From Desulfobulbaceae bacterium (GTDB lineage: Bacteria > Desulfobacterota > Desulfobulbia > Desulfobulbales > Desulfobulbaceae): a DNA stretch of 31,736 nt. Made by a program: the position numbers and the translations under genes. Positions within the stretch are counted from its first letter, which is position 1. Every line of letters begins with the position of its first letter. Below the pieces are notes generated by a model. It was given only the letters and a program-made list of their open reading frames with translations, did no database searches and was not told where the DNA came from. The stretch covers positions 1 to 31,736 of the forward strand of contig DRLX01000158.1 in assembly GCA_011322715.1 (NCBI GenBank). Reading direction: 5' to 3'. This document shows, in pieces, positions 7,255 to 16,986 of this stretch.

Positions 7255-8820
7255 ATGATAGTGAAAAAAAATGCGTTTTATTTTGTCTGCTGCATGTTTA
7301 TAGGTTTTTCGGCGGTGAACGGACATGCCGCTCCCATAGGTTCGGGTCGTTCAATTGTGCAGAAAAATTTTCAACAGCTTGTCAAAACTAATGGTTGTCC
7401 GGGCTGTGATCTCGCCGGTGCCGTCTTGACTAGAGTTGATCTTTCCGGCGCTGATCTTTCCGGCGCAAATCTGGCCGGTGCCAAATGCAATCTGGCTGAT
7501 TTTTCCGGCGCCAATCTCAGAGGTGCGAACCTCCAGGGTGCAAATCTCGGCGGGGCCGACCTGGCCGGAGCTGATTTGACCGGTGCCAATCTGACCGGTG
7601 CAATTCTGCAGGGCGCCTATTTGAAAGGGGCAAAGATCGACGGTGTGCTCACCGATCAAGCCGGTGACCAGGACAGTGAGGCAACCGGTGAAACCGTGTT
7701 TGTCCCGGATGGCGCAAAATCTAAACACGCACCTTACAGTCAGGAAGTGGCTATTGAAAATAAGCGCGATCTTGAAGAAACTCCGCCGACGGTATCAAAA
7801 AACCAGGACAAGAACACCGACAATGTGCGAGCAAAACAGCCGCCGGTTGCTCCCATGACCGACTCAAAGCATCCTGTGGCCATGGCTGATGCCGTGGTCC
7901 CATCGTCATCGGCGACTTTAAGTAACCAAAAAACTGAAGAAGAAACGGCGGTTGTACTTAATGAACAGAAAAAACAGCCTGTTGTCGCTAAGAAGACAGT
8001 GGCGGCAACACCGGAAAAAGTTGAGCTGGAACCGTCATCGGAAACCACCATCGGAGTGGATAAGGATTCGGCCGTGCATGACATGATCGCCCGGATTGAG
8101 GCGGATTCTCCGGATAAAAATCCTCCGGCAATAAAGAAAAAAGCACGTGCCGATGTCGCCGGCCCCGACGCAGGAAAACCGAAGATGGTTCAGGAGAAAA
8201 GCAGACCGAAGGCAACCACCGTCCCTGTCGTGGAAGCAAGTCCTGAAATACACGCAACAACTCCAAAAACTGCAGAAGCAGGTAGGCAACAGAACAAAAC
8301 AGTATCGGTAACGACCAAAACCGACGGGCAGGCAACAAAGGTCGCCGCACCTGCGGCCGGTGATGTTGCTGCAACAGCCGGTACTCCGGGAGCCGCTGTA
8401 AGTCAGAGTGTAGCAGGTATAAAAAACGGGGCCGGCCCACTCCTCTATACCGTGGAAACACCGGCTCAGGCTGCAGCGGAAAAACAGGCCCTTGTCGATC
8501 GGTTGCTCGATACCGATGCCTGCGTGGAGTGTGATCTTGCCGGGGTGGACCTTTCCGGCAAGCGACTTAAAGGTGTTGATCTTGAAAGGGCTAATCTTGC
8601 AGGCGCTGATCTGTCGGATACCAATCTTTCCGAGGCCAACCTCAAAGGTGCCGATCTTGCCGGAGCCAATCTCAGAGGCGCCGATCTCTCCGAAGCTGAT
8701 CTGTATAAGGCCGACCTCACCGACGCTGATTTAACCGGTGCGGACTTGTCTGAGGCATCAACGGATTCGGCTGATTTTACCGGTGCCCAAGGCGTACCCG
8801 TTACCGGAGATAACAAGTAA
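7255..8820 (+). CDS. Secreted protein with two pentapeptide-repeat domains joined by a long low-complexity linker
   Basis: A(D/N)Lxx repeats near both termini, preceded by CPGCDL and CVECDL; signal peptide; AGAGG before ATG 7255 (track start 7216). Confidence 0.85.
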   Translation: MIVKKNAFYFVCCMFIGFSAVNGHAAPIGSGRSIVQKNFQQLVKTNGCPGCDLAGAVLTRVDLSGADLSGANLAGAKCNLADFSGANLRGANLQGANLGGADLAGADLTGANLTGAILQGAYLKGAKIDGVLTDQAGDQDSEATGETVFVPDGAKSKHAPYSQEVAIENKRDLEETPPTVSKNQDKNTDNVRAKQPPVAPMTDSKHPVAMADAVVPSSSATLSNQKTEEETAVVLNEQKKQPVVAKKTVAATPEKVELEPSSETTIGVDKDSAVHDMIARIEADSPDKNPPAIKKKARADVAGPDAGKPKMVQEKSRPKATTVPVVEASPEIHATTPKTAEAGRQQNKTVSVTTKTDGQATKVAAPAAGDVAATAGTPGAAVSQSVAGIKNGAGPLLYTVETPAQAAAEKQALVDRLLDTDACVECDLAGVDLSGKRLKGVDLERANLAGADLSDTNLSEANLKGADLAGANLRGADLSEADLYKADLTDADLTGADLSEASTDSADFTGAQGVPVTGDNK

Positions 8821-9003
8821 TTTCACATCCGGAAATGCGTAACCCCCGGAGTTTTGCTCTCCTTGCAGCCGTTTCCGGATAAACAGGCATTCCCGGTGTA
8901 GTGGGCTCAATAAATGATGAAATCAGAGGAGGCATAGAGGCAGGCCGCAATTGTCGGCGTTCCAAGGCAAGATTCTCTGTTTCCTGTCTTCGGATAAATT
9001 TTC

Positions 9004-9030
9004 TTGACAGAATTTTTTTAATTCGATAAT
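9004..9030 (+). promoter_or_regulatory. Candidate sigma70 promoter of rpsT
   Basis: Perfect TTGACA at 9004-9009; GATAAT at 9025-9030 with a short 15-bp spacer. Confidence 0.45.
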
Positions 9031-9087
9031 AAGAGAAGTTCAAAAAAATAAATGATGATCCCTGTTGGGGACAATAAGGAGTGTTGT

Positions 9088-9360
9088 ATGGCGAACCATA
9101 AATCCGCAATGAAAAGAGACCGTCAGTCAAAAGTGCGTCGTCTTCGTAACCGTATGTATAAATCAAAGATGAAGACAGCCATTCGACAGGTTGAAGAGGC
9201 TCTTGTCGCCGGGTCTGAGGAAGAGGCCCGTAACGCCTTGGCCAAGGCGGTTCCGGTAATTCAGAAAACCGCTGCCAAGGGAACTATTCATAGAAAGACA
9301 GCATCCCGTAAGGTTTCCCGTTTAACCAGGAGAGTGAACAGGATGCAGCCCCTTGGTTAA
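9088..9360 (+). CDS. rpsT: 30S ribosomal protein S20
   Basis: MANHKSAMKR...IHRKTASRKVSRL signature; AAGGAG SD before ATG 9088. Confidence 0.97.
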   Translation: MANHKSAMKRDRQSKVRRLRNRMYKSKMKTAIRQVEEALVAGSEEEARNALAKAVPVIQKTAAKGTIHRKTASRKVSRLTRRVNRMQPLG

Positions 9361-9391
9361 GGGGTGTCCATTATTTTCATTTTGAACGTAT

Positions 9392-9429
9392 AAGCCATGG
9401 GAGCAATCTGCTTCCATGGCTTTTTTTTT
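9392..9429 (+). terminator. Rho-independent terminator after rpsT
   Basis: AAGCCATGG-GAGC / GCTT-CCATGGCTT stem followed by a T run. Confidence 0.8.
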
Positions 9430-9467
9430 ATTCTTTGTCCTCCTGTTTGGGGAATTTGTGATTTACA

Positions 9468-10964
9468 ATGTATAGCCCTGATCTTACGACTTTTACGGAA
9501 ATGACGGACCAGTCCGGTCTTGTTCCCGTGTATCGGACGATTATTGCCGATCTGGATACGCCGTTGACGCTGTTTGCCAAAATTGCCGGTGAGCGGAGTC
9601 ATGCCTTTCTCTTTGAATCCATGGAAGGAGGAGAAAAATGGGGCCGGTATTCCTTTATCGGTCTTGATCCGCTGGTCACCTTTACCAGCAGGGGAGACAG
9701 GGTACTTCTGAATCGGCCGGATCAGGAAAGGGGGGCCAGGGAAATTGACCACTGCAATCCTCTGGATGAACTGCAGCGTCTTCTTGACTCTTTTAAGACC
9801 GCTGACCTGCCCGGCATGCCGAGGTTTTACGGTGGTGCCGTTGGTTTTTTAGGATACGACATGGTTCGCTTTGTCGAAGATATTCCCTGTCGGCATCCCG
9901 AGCTGCCATATCCGGACAGTGCATTTATGGTGCCCCGACTGGTGTTGATCCATGATGCCGTCCAGCAGACGTTGACCATTGTCTGTAATTTGCAGGTAGA
10001 TAGTCGCTTTTCCGCAGAAGATCTTTACATTCAGGGATGTCGGCGTATTGATGAGGTGATTAAACTCCTACATGCGCCCCTCAGTACGGCTTCGTCCCAA
10101 AAGACGGACCCGCATGAATTTTCTTCCAATATGCAACCCGAGGCCTTTGAGGCCATGGTGGAAGCAGCCAGGGAATATATTCTGGCCGGGGACATTATTC
10201 AAGTTGTGCTGTCGCAACGTTTTCATACTGAAACTCACCTTGATCCTTTTTTACTCTACCGGGCACTCCGCCATATTAATCCAAGTCCCTATCTCTTTTT
10301 TATCCGTCACGAACAAAGCATCCTGATCGGCTCATCTCCGGAGATACTTGTTCGTCTTGAACAGGGAGAAATCGAGCTGCGTCCCATTGCCGGAACAAGA
10401 AAACGAGGCCGCACCGAGGCTGAGGACAAGGCTCTTGAGCGTGAGTTGCTTGCCGATCCCAAGGAAAAGGCGGAACATCTCATGCTGGTCGATCTGGGCC
10501 GGAACGATGTGGGTCGGGTGGCTGAATCAGGGTCGGTTCATGTTAAAGATCTGCTGGTGATTGAACGCTACAGTCATGTTATGCATATTGTTTCCGGTGT
10601 ACATGGCCGCTTGGCACAGGGGAAAAATCAGTTTGACGTTCTTAAGGCCTGCTTCCCCGCCGGGACCGTGTCCGGTGCGCCCAAGATTCGGGCGATGGAG
10701 ATCATTGATGAGCTGGAAGTCGAACGCCGGGGACCTTATGCCGGAGCTGTCGGATATTTCGGGTTTTCAGGGAATATGGATTTCTGTATTACCATCCGTA
10801 CCTTTGTATTGCAGGAAACAGACGACCCGAACACCCGGGATCTTTATATCCAGGCCGGGGCCGGTATTGTGGCCGATTCCGATCCGAAAAAAGAATATGA
10901 GGAAACCCTGAATAAGGCACGCGGCCTGCGTCGCGCCGTGGAGCTTGCCGAAAAAGGGCTGTAG
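9468..10964 (+). CDS. trpE: Anthranilate synthase component I
   Basis: [60 protein letters not shown] motifs; first gene of the trp cluster. Confidence 0.95.
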   Translation: MYSPDLTTFTEMTDQSGLVPVYRTIIADLDTPLTLFAKIAGERSHAFLFESMEGGEKWGRYSFIGLDPLVTFTSRGDRVLLNRPDQERGAREIDHCNPLDELQRLLDSFKTADLPGMPRFYGGAVGFLGYDMVRFVEDIPCRHPELPYPDSAFMVPRLVLIHDAVQQTLTIVCNLQVDSRFSAEDLYIQGCRRIDEVIKLLHAPLSTASSQKTDPHEFSSNMQPEAFEAMVEAAREYILAGDIIQVVLSQRFHTETHLDPFLLYRALRHINPSPYLFFIRHEQSILIGSSPEILVRLEQGEIELRPIAGTRKRGRTEAEDKALERELLADPKEKAEHLMLVDLGRNDVGRVAESGSVHVKDLLVIERYSHVMHIVSGVHGRLAQGKNQFDVLKACFPAGTVSGAPKIRAMEIIDELEVERRGPYAGAVGYFGFSGNMDFCITIRTFVLQETDDPNTRDLYIQAGAGIVADSDPKKEYEETLNKARGLRRAVELAEKGL

Positions 10965-11023
10965 AATTTTTCCGCCTGTTCGCCGTAGCGACAGTAATCT
11001 TTAGAAATCCACCGGGATACCAG

Positions 11024-11659
11024 ATGATGCTTGTTGTTATAGATAATTACGATTCTTTCACCTATAATATCGTCCAGACCCTGGCCACCCGGCCACCCGG
11101 AGCTGCCGCCGACTGGGCCTCGCCTGAAATTCGCGTTTTTCGAAACGACCGGATTACCGTTCCGGAAATTGCTGAACTTACCCCGGACAGACTTCTCATC
11201 TCCCCCGGTCCCTGCACACCGTCCGAGGCCGGTATTTCCATTGCGGCCATAGAATATTTCAGCGGCAAGGTTCCCATCCTCGGCGTCTGTTTGGGGCACC
11301 AGTCAATAGGCGAGGCATTCGGCGGCCAAGTCATCCGGGCGGGCAGAGTCATGCACGGCAAAACCAGCCCGATCCACCATGATAATCGGGGCGTGTTTAC
11401 CGGGCTGGACAATCCCTTTGACGGTATGCGCTATCATTCCCTGGTGGTGGAGGAAAACACTCTGCCCGCCTGTCTTGAGGCCACCGCTCATACCGACCAG
11501 GGGGAACTGATGGGAATTCGGCATAAAGAACTGGCCGTGGAAGGGGTGCAGTTTCATCCGGAATCGATTATGACCGAGGTCGGTATCAATCTGCTGCATA
11601 CGTTTCTTCGAGATGATTATCCTCAACTTTTGCGGGGGAAAAATGAATCTTTGGATTGA
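11024..11659 (+). CDS. trpG: Anthranilate synthase component II (glutamine amidotransferase)
   Basis: [30 protein letters not shown] motifs. Confidence 0.95.
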   Translation: MMLVVIDNYDSFTYNIVQTLATRPPGAAADWASPEIRVFRNDRITVPEIAELTPDRLLISPGPCTPSEAGISIAAIEYFSGKVPILGVCLGHQSIGEAFGGQVIRAGRVMHGKTSPIHHDNRGVFTGLDNPFDGMRYHSLVVEENTLPACLEATAHTDQGELMGIRHKELAVEGVQFHPESIMTEVGINLLHTFLRDDYPQLLRGKNESLD

Positions 11660-11667
11660 GGGACATC

Positions 11668-12699
11668 ATGATTAAAGAGGCCATAGGAAAGGTAGTCGTC
11701 GGTAAAAATCTTGCGGAGCAGGAGATGATCGGCGTTATGAATGAGATCATGTCCGGAGAGGCCACGCCGGCCCAGATAGGTGCATTCATTACCGGTCTTC
11801 GCATGAAGGGCGAGACCATTGATGAAATAGTCGGTGCCGTTCGGGTGATGCGTGAAAAGGCCACCTTTGTTGACTGTGGTGTTGACATGGGGGCGGACGA
11901 GGTGCTCATGGATATCGTCGGTACCGGTGGCGATGGTTCCGGAACCTTTAATGTCTCCACCACGACAGCCTTTGTGGTGGCCGCTGCGGGTATTCCGGTT
12001 GCAAAGCACGGAAATCGTGCTATTTCATCAAGCTGCGGCAGTGCTGATGTTCTGGAGGAACTTGGGGTTGATCTTTCCATGCCCGCCGACAAGGTTGCCG
12101 CGTGTGTGCGCCGGGTCGGTATCGGTTTTCTTTTTGCTCCCATGCTGCATGGAGCAATGAAATATGCCATTGGTCCGCGTCGTGAAATAGGGATTCGCAC
12201 GGTCTTCAATATCCTTGGCCCAATGACCAATCCGGCCGGGGCCAATGTCCAGCTTACAGGTGTGTTTGATAAAGAACTGACCATGGTCATGGCACAGGTC
12301 CTGGCCCGGCTCGGTATGAAACGAACCCTGGTTGTCTGGGGTGAGGGCAACATGGATGAGATGACCGTAACCGGCACTACGCACGTGGCGGAGGCCGCTG
12401 GCGGTGAGGTAACAACCTGGACGGTTGAGCCGGAGGATGTCGGGCTTTCCCGGGCAGGAGTGGATGATATCAACGGCGGCGCCGATGTGGGGGAAGCGGC
12501 AAACCTGGTACGGTCGGTCCTCTCCGGTGAACCGGGAGCCCGTCTGGATATGGTGCTTTTAAACAGCGGCGGCGCCTTGATGGCTGCCGGTAAGACCGAT
12601 ACCCTGCAGCAAGGGGTGGACATGGCACGTGAGATCATTGCCTCGGGCATGGCGCTTGCAAAACTTGAGAGTCTGGTTGATTTTTGCCGGGCAACCTGA
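11668..12699 (+). CDS. trpD: Anthranilate phosphoribosyltransferase
   Basis: DIVGTGGDG, KHGNRA, SSCGSADVLEELG, GIRTVFNILGP motifs. Confidence 0.95.
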   Translation: MIKEAIGKVVVGKNLAEQEMIGVMNEIMSGEATPAQIGAFITGLRMKGETIDEIVGAVRVMREKATFVDCGVDMGADEVLMDIVGTGGDGSGTFNVSTTTAFVVAAAGIPVAKHGNRAISSSCGSADVLEELGVDLSMPADKVAACVRRVGIGFLFAPMLHGAMKYAIGPRREIGIRTVFNILGPMTNPAGANVQLTGVFDKELTMVMAQVLARLGMKRTLVVWGEGNMDEMTVTGTTHVAEAAGGEVTTWTVEPEDVGLSRAGVDDINGGADVGEAANLVRSVLSGEPGARLDMVLLNSGGALMAAGKTDTLQQGVDMAREIIASGMALAKLESLVDFCRAT

Positions 12700-12709
12700 G
12701 GAATCGGCC

Positions 12710-13477
12710 ATGATTCTTGATACCATTGTTGCCAGGAAAAAAGAAGAAGTCGCAGGGTTAAAAAAAAGCGGTATTCGGTCGCCCGAAGAATTGATCGCGC
12801 CTCCTAGAGGTTTTACCAGAGCACTATTGACCGCACCATGGGTTGCGATCATTGCCGAGGCGAAAAAGGCCTCGCCTTCCAAGGGAGTTATTGAACCGGA
12901 TTTTGATCCGGTCCGGATTGCAACCCGGTATGAACAGGAGGGTGCCCATGCCATGTCCGTGCTGACGGATGTTGATTTTTTTCAGGGCCGGCTCGATTAT
13001 CTGGTTCAGGTCCGGAAGACCGTTGCCCTGCCTGTTCTGCGCAAGGATTTTATTATTGATCCTATCCAAATCAAGCAATCGCATGTTTATGGAGCAGATG
13101 CGATTTTATTGATTGCCGCCATTTTGGACACTTCCCAGCTGCATGACTTCAGGCAGCAGGCCGAGGAGTTGGGAATGGACGTACTGGTCGAAGTCCATGA
13201 TGAAAAAGAAGTGGAATCTGCGCTGGCGGCAGGCAGCCGTCTTATCGGCATCAACAATCGTAACCTGAAAGATTTTACGGTGGATCTGAACACGACCTTT
13301 CGTCTGCAGCGGGAAATACCGGAAGAGATTCCCCTGGTCAGTGAGTCGGGAATTTCCACGGTGGAGGATATTCGTGCTCTTCTTCACCAAGAGGTGACGG
13401 CCGCGCTCATCGGAGAAAGCCTGATGCGCAGCAGTGAGCATTCCACATTACTACACGATTTTGTTCATGTTGAGTAA
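12710..13477 (+). CDS. trpC: Indole-3-glycerol phosphate synthase
   Basis: IAEAKKASPSKG, SVLTD, LRKDF, GINNRNL, VSESGI motifs; GAGG before ATG 12710. Confidence 0.95.
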   Translation: MILDTIVARKKEEVAGLKKSGIRSPEELIAPPRGFTRALLTAPWVAIIAEAKKASPSKGVIEPDFDPVRIATRYEQEGAHAMSVLTDVDFFQGRLDYLVQVRKTVALPVLRKDFIIDPIQIKQSHVYGADAILLIAAILDTSQLHDFRQQAEELGMDVLVEVHDEKEVESALAAGSRLIGINNRNLKDFTVDLNTTFRLQREIPEEIPLVSESGISTVEDIRALLHQEVTAALIGESLMRSSEHSTLLHDFVHVE

Positions 13478-13521
13478 CTGTTCACATAATCAGTTGTAAA
13501 TGTTGTGGTTCGCTGAGTTAC
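13474..13521. repeat. Degenerate family-B MITE remnant overlapping the trpC stop codon
   Basis: GTAACTGTTCAC at 13474-13485 resembles the family-B end AACTGTTCAG; inverted CTGAGTTAC at 13513-13521 (only a 6-bp inverted match). Confidence 0.35.
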
Positions 13522-13567
13522 CTTATTTAGCCCGTGCTGAGTGATCATGTTGAGTAAAAAAACTACA

Positions 13568-14257
13568 ATGAACACGATGACCCGTATACGTATTAAAATG
13601 TGCGGTGTGACCAGAATCGCGGATGCCCAGGCGGCGGTTGCAGCGGGCGTTGATGCGCTTGGTTTTATCTTTCATCGGAAGAGTGGCCGCAATATTGACC
13701 CCGACAGGGCCAGGGCAATCATTGAACAATTGCCGCCTTTTATTGCTACCGTCGGCGTGTTTGTTGATAAAAAACGGCATGAAGTTGAGGAGATAATAGA
13801 TTACTGTCGTCTTGCCTATGCCCAACTCCATGGCCGGGAAACGCCAAAGTATTGTGAACGGCTTGCCCGTTTTGGTGCACCCTGTCAGGTGATTAAGGCC
13901 TTTCAGGTAACACCGGAACTGGCTCCTGAAGATATTCGGCCCTATGATGAGCATGTCCGTGGGTACCTGCTTGATACCTATCATCAACAAATGGTCGGCG
14001 GAACGGGAGAGACTTTTGACTGGGACCTGATCGGCAAGCTCAAGCTGAACCGGCCGCTGCTGTTGGCCGGAGGATTAAAACCCGGTAACATTTTGGCGGC
14101 CCTTAATGCGGTCCGTCCCTATGCGGTGGATGTCAATTCAGGTCTTGAAATACAACCCGGTATCAAAGACCATTCCCTGATCAAGTCCCTCGTCAGTCGG
14201 GTTCGCAGCTATGAAAATACGATAAACGGTGACCTGGAGGGAATAAAGACGCCGTAA
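13568..14257 (+). CDS. trpF: Phosphoribosylanthranilate isomerase (start uncertain, 13541-13577)
   Basis: RIKMCGVT, GFIF, VGVFVD, QLHG, LLDTY, GGTG..FDW, LAGGL, VDVNSG motifs. Confidence 0.93.
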   Translation: MNTMTRIRIKMCGVTRIADAQAAVAAGVDALGFIFHRKSGRNIDPDRARAIIEQLPPFIATVGVFVDKKRHEVEEIIDYCRLAYAQLHGRETPKYCERLARFGAPCQVIKAFQVTPELAPEDIRPYDEHVRGYLLDTYHQQMVGGTGETFDWDLIGKLKLNRPLLLAGGLKPGNILAALNAVRPYAVDVNSGLEIQPGIKDHSLIKSLVSRVRSYENTINGDLEGIKTP

Positions 14258-14398
14258 ACCTCATTCGCTAACCGCACATTTCACAAGTGACCTGCTATGA
14301 GGCCGGAAAATACCACTCCTCGGAGTCTGCGCTTACCCGCATGTCTATTGTTTTTACTTAGCCGTCTTTGAAACAATTTGGAGTTTTTACGAGCTCAT
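14246..14398. mobile_element. MITE-like element, family A, copy 2 (left end degenerate)
   Basis: Shares CCTCGGAGT, GCTTACCnGCATnTCTAT, GTTTTTACTTAGCC and TTTTnCGAGnTCAT blocks, in the same order, with 2156-2330; no TSD seen. Confidence 0.7.
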
Positions 14399-14416
14399 AA
14401 GGCCTGCAACCAGAGG

Positions 14417-15199
14417 TTATCTGGCAATGATCAGGGCGTTGGGAAATCCGTTGTTCTCTATAAAATGTTCGTAGCCGCGAGCTTTTTTCAATGAGGTTCC
14501 GGCAAAGACCATGACCCGGAACAGGTAGGTTCCGGCAGCCGGAAACTGCTGAATGATGACATCCTTGCCGTGGGCGGCGAATTTTTTTGCCAGTGCCCGC
14601 GCCGCTTTTCTTTGTTCAAATGATCCAACCTGAACATAAAAATGACCGGCATCAAAATTTTCATGTTTGAGCTTTGGTGAATGGGTAGCCGGTTTTCCCT
14701 TTGTTGCCGTTTTTGTCGGTGTGTGTACGGCCTCACCGAGGGCGGTTATCATCACTTTGGCTGTACCTTTGCCGATCATACCGATGGATTTTGCCGCCGA
14801 ATAACTCAAATCAATAATCCGGTTTTTGACAAAGGGGCCGCGGTCATTGATTCTGACCACGGTCGACCGGCCGTTTTTCAGGTTTTTTACCAACAGCATG
14901 GTGCCCATGGGCAGTGTTTTATGGGCGGCCGTCCCGCCGTACATGTCATAGATCTCACCATTTGATGTCTTGCGACCATGAAACTGTTTGCCATACCATG
15001 AAGCGATACCGATTTCTCTGTACCCCTCGGCGTTGGGGATTGGATAATACCTTTTTCCATGGATGACATAGGGCCGTTGGGTAGCCTTACCCGGTCGTTT
15101 CCGTTCATGTGGATGGGGTTTTATATATGGCGGTCCACAACTACTCACAAGAAACAGGAGCGCCAGTACAAAGGGCAGGGCACGGAAGTATCTCTTCAT
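14417..15199 (-). CDS. rlpA: RlpA-family septal ring lytic transglycosylase lipoprotein with C-terminal SPOR domain
   Basis: Lipobox LVSSC; GIASWYG..FHGRKTSNGE.YD, AAHKTLP, VRINDRGPF, RIIDLS; VQVGSF SPOR start. Confidence 0.93.
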   Translation of the reverse strand: MKRYFRALPFVLALLFLVSSCGPPYIKPHPHERKRPGKATQRPYVIHGKRYYPIPNAEGYREIGIASWYGKQFHGRKTSNGEIYDMYGGTAAHKTLPMGTMLLVKNLKNGRSTVVRINDRGPFVKNRIIDLSYSAAKSIGMIGKGTAKVMITALGEAVHTPTKTATKGKPATHSPKLKHENFDAGHFYVQVGSFEQRKAARALAKKFAAHGKDVIIQQFPAAGTYLFRVMVFAGTSLKKARGYEHFIENNGFPNALIIAR

Positions 15200-16680
15200 G
15201 GTTGATTTTTTCCCCGACGCTCAAGCAGGTGTTTGAAACGGTCGAGATAAAAGAGGCCGGCGGGACCGGTGGTATGCGGAGTGTAGGGACGTAAGCCGTC
15301 GTCATTACCGGTCAGGTCGTCAAAAAGTACCCGACCGTCACTGTCGACGGCAGAGAGATGGAGGTCAAGGATGGGACGAAATACCTTGAGGACACCATCG
15401 TCGTCACGACGAACAATGATCGGCCGCCAGCGGCGACGACCGAATCCCTTATACCAGATGCCGGGCCGGATTTTCCCGGTAATGGTGTCGGGCATGGTGG
15501 GATCACGTTCATCTTCATCCGAATTGAGGTTGTGATCCAGGAGCTGTTCCACCCAGGAGCTTGACTGGACTGTTAATCGTTCCATCATGTCAAAGTCATC
15601 TGTTTCACTGCGCATCAGATAGGTGCCGTAATCGTCAAAACTCCACTGTGCGTGGCAGACCTGGCAGCTCACCCGGTCGGAGTACTTCTTATGAGCGGGA
15701 TTACGCAACATGGGAACGGCGTGAGTATGGCCGGAATGGTCGATGAAAACCGGTTTTCCCTTATCAATTTCGAGACCTTTTATGTTCGGGGGCCGGGTCC
15801 ATGATTCAGGTTCAGCGTGGCAACTCAGGCAACTTATTTTTCGCTCAATTTGTTGTTGGTCCGCCTGGAGATTTTTTCCGTTGTGACAGTCGATACAGAT
15901 TAAGCCTTTTTGCTGGTGGATATCCGGGGCCAGGTCATGCAGTTCTACGCCATAGGGCCGGAGATAGGGTTCACTGCTGGTATAGGGCGTTCGGTATTCC
16001 CAGTTGAAATCATGCTCAAACTGGCCGTAATAATCGGCACCGACATGGTTGGCATAATGGCAGCTTATACACTGCCAGTCGCCTGGAGATTTCAGGAAAC
16101 GGTGACTTTGCAAGCTGCCTCCGGAAAACTGAAGATGGCATGCGGCGCATCCTGTTCCTCTAGTAATATAGGGATAGTCATCGCCCCGGCTATATAGGTG
16201 ACAGCGCAGACAGCGACGTCTAAGCATATCGTCGACCAGAGCAAGGGCCGGGTTCTTTTCCTGCAGGGGGATGGCTACCAGGGAATCAATGGTGTCGGTC
16301 GCTCCGAAGTGATGACGGGTGAGGTTGACGGCCTTTTCCAGGCTTAGATGCAGGCTGCCTGCACAGCCCTGTATTTGTTTGGGATGGCATGTGCCGCAGC
16401 TTTTGGCCATGTTGGCCGGACTTGCCGGTTCCGCAACAAGACCCGTGTGGGCCTTTTGTTGTTCCGTGGCCGTATTATCACCCCGGTGGCAGGAGATACA
16501 GCCCTGGTTGTGGTGTTGATCAAGAGTGACTTCGGCATGGCAACGCCTGCACCCCGGCAACAGGGCCGCAGGTTTGCTTATGGGCGCAATCGTTTTTTTT
16601 TCAGGCCGTGGCGCATCGTCTTTACAACCGGCAAGCAGCGTCGCCAGGGCCAGAAAAATGAGGAAAAATTTGTCGTGCAT
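15196..16680 (-). CDS. 9-heme cytochrome c lipoprotein (tentatively ExtM-like)
   Basis: Lipobox LLAGC; 9 CxxCH motifs counted; ATGA overlap with rlpA. The ExtM resemblance is from memory and unverified. Confidence 0.85.
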   Translation of the reverse strand: MHDKFFLIFLALATLLAGCKDDAPRPEKKTIAPISKPAALLPGCRRCHAEVTLDQHHNQGCISCHRGDNTATEQQKAHTGLVAEPASPANMAKSCGTCHPKQIQGCAGSLHLSLEKAVNLTRHHFGATDTIDSLVAIPLQEKNPALALVDDMLRRRCLRCHLYSRGDDYPYITRGTGCAACHLQFSGGSLQSHRFLKSPGDWQCISCHYANHVGADYYGQFEHDFNWEYRTPYTSSEPYLRPYGVELHDLAPDIHQQKGLICIDCHNGKNLQADQQQIERKISCLSCHAEPESWTRPPNIKGLEIDKGKPVFIDHSGHTHAVPMLRNPAHKKYSDRVSCQVCHAQWSFDDYGTYLMRSETDDFDMMERLTVQSSSWVEQLLDHNLNSDEDERDPTMPDTITGKIRPGIWYKGFGRRRWRPIIVRRDDDGVLKVFRPILDLHLSAVDSDGRVLFDDLTGNDDGLRPYTPHTTGPAGLFYLDRFKHLLERRGKNQP

Positions 16681-16869
16681 TATCTTGACACTCTACCATA
16701 AAATTGCTACATCAATAAACCTCAAAATGCCTATGATGTTTATCTGAAAATACGCCACGAAGTTTTGTCGTTCGGAACTATTTTCATCATTCGAAGTCTA
16801 CGCTTATCTGTTGTGGCTGGGACGATAAAATATGGTCCAGCCATGCTGGTTATATGGATTCTTGGTCCT

Positions 16870-16945
16870 GCCGGTATAGCTCAGTTGGTAGAGCACTTGA
16901 TTCGTAATCAAGGGGTCAGCAGTTCAAATCTGCTTACCGGCTCCA
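16870..16945 (+). tRNA. tRNA-Thr (anticodon CGT)
   Basis: Acceptor stem GCCGGTA/TACCGGC; D arm AGCTCAGTTGGTAGAGC; anticodon stem CTTGA/TCAAG with loop TTCGTAA; T loop GTTCAAATC; encoded CCA; 76 nt. Confidence 0.97.
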
Positions 16946-16950
16946 GTATA

Positions 16951-16986
16951 AAGCGACTGCGGTTTTTTCTGCAGTCGCTTTTTTTA
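16951..16986. terminator. Probably bidirectional terminator between tRNA-Thr and rarD
   Basis: 10-bp stem AAGCGACTGC / GCAGTCGCTT with T run on +; lies immediately past the rarD stop on -. Confidence 0.8.

Noticed and set aside
7400-7640. 15-nt periodic DNA repeats as CRISPR or VNTR
   Set aside because: The periodicity is the coding pattern of pentapeptide repeats; there are no spacers or cas genes
8827-8880. Inverted repeat ATCCGGAAA / TTTCCGGAT after the pentapeptide gene
   Set aside because: Only 9 bp with a long loop, no T tail and no riboswitch consensus; cannot be assigned
11080-11130. Short insertion ([13 protein letters not shown]) in TrpG
   Set aside because: Falls in a variable region with all catalytic motifs intact; nothing suggests an intein or a new domain
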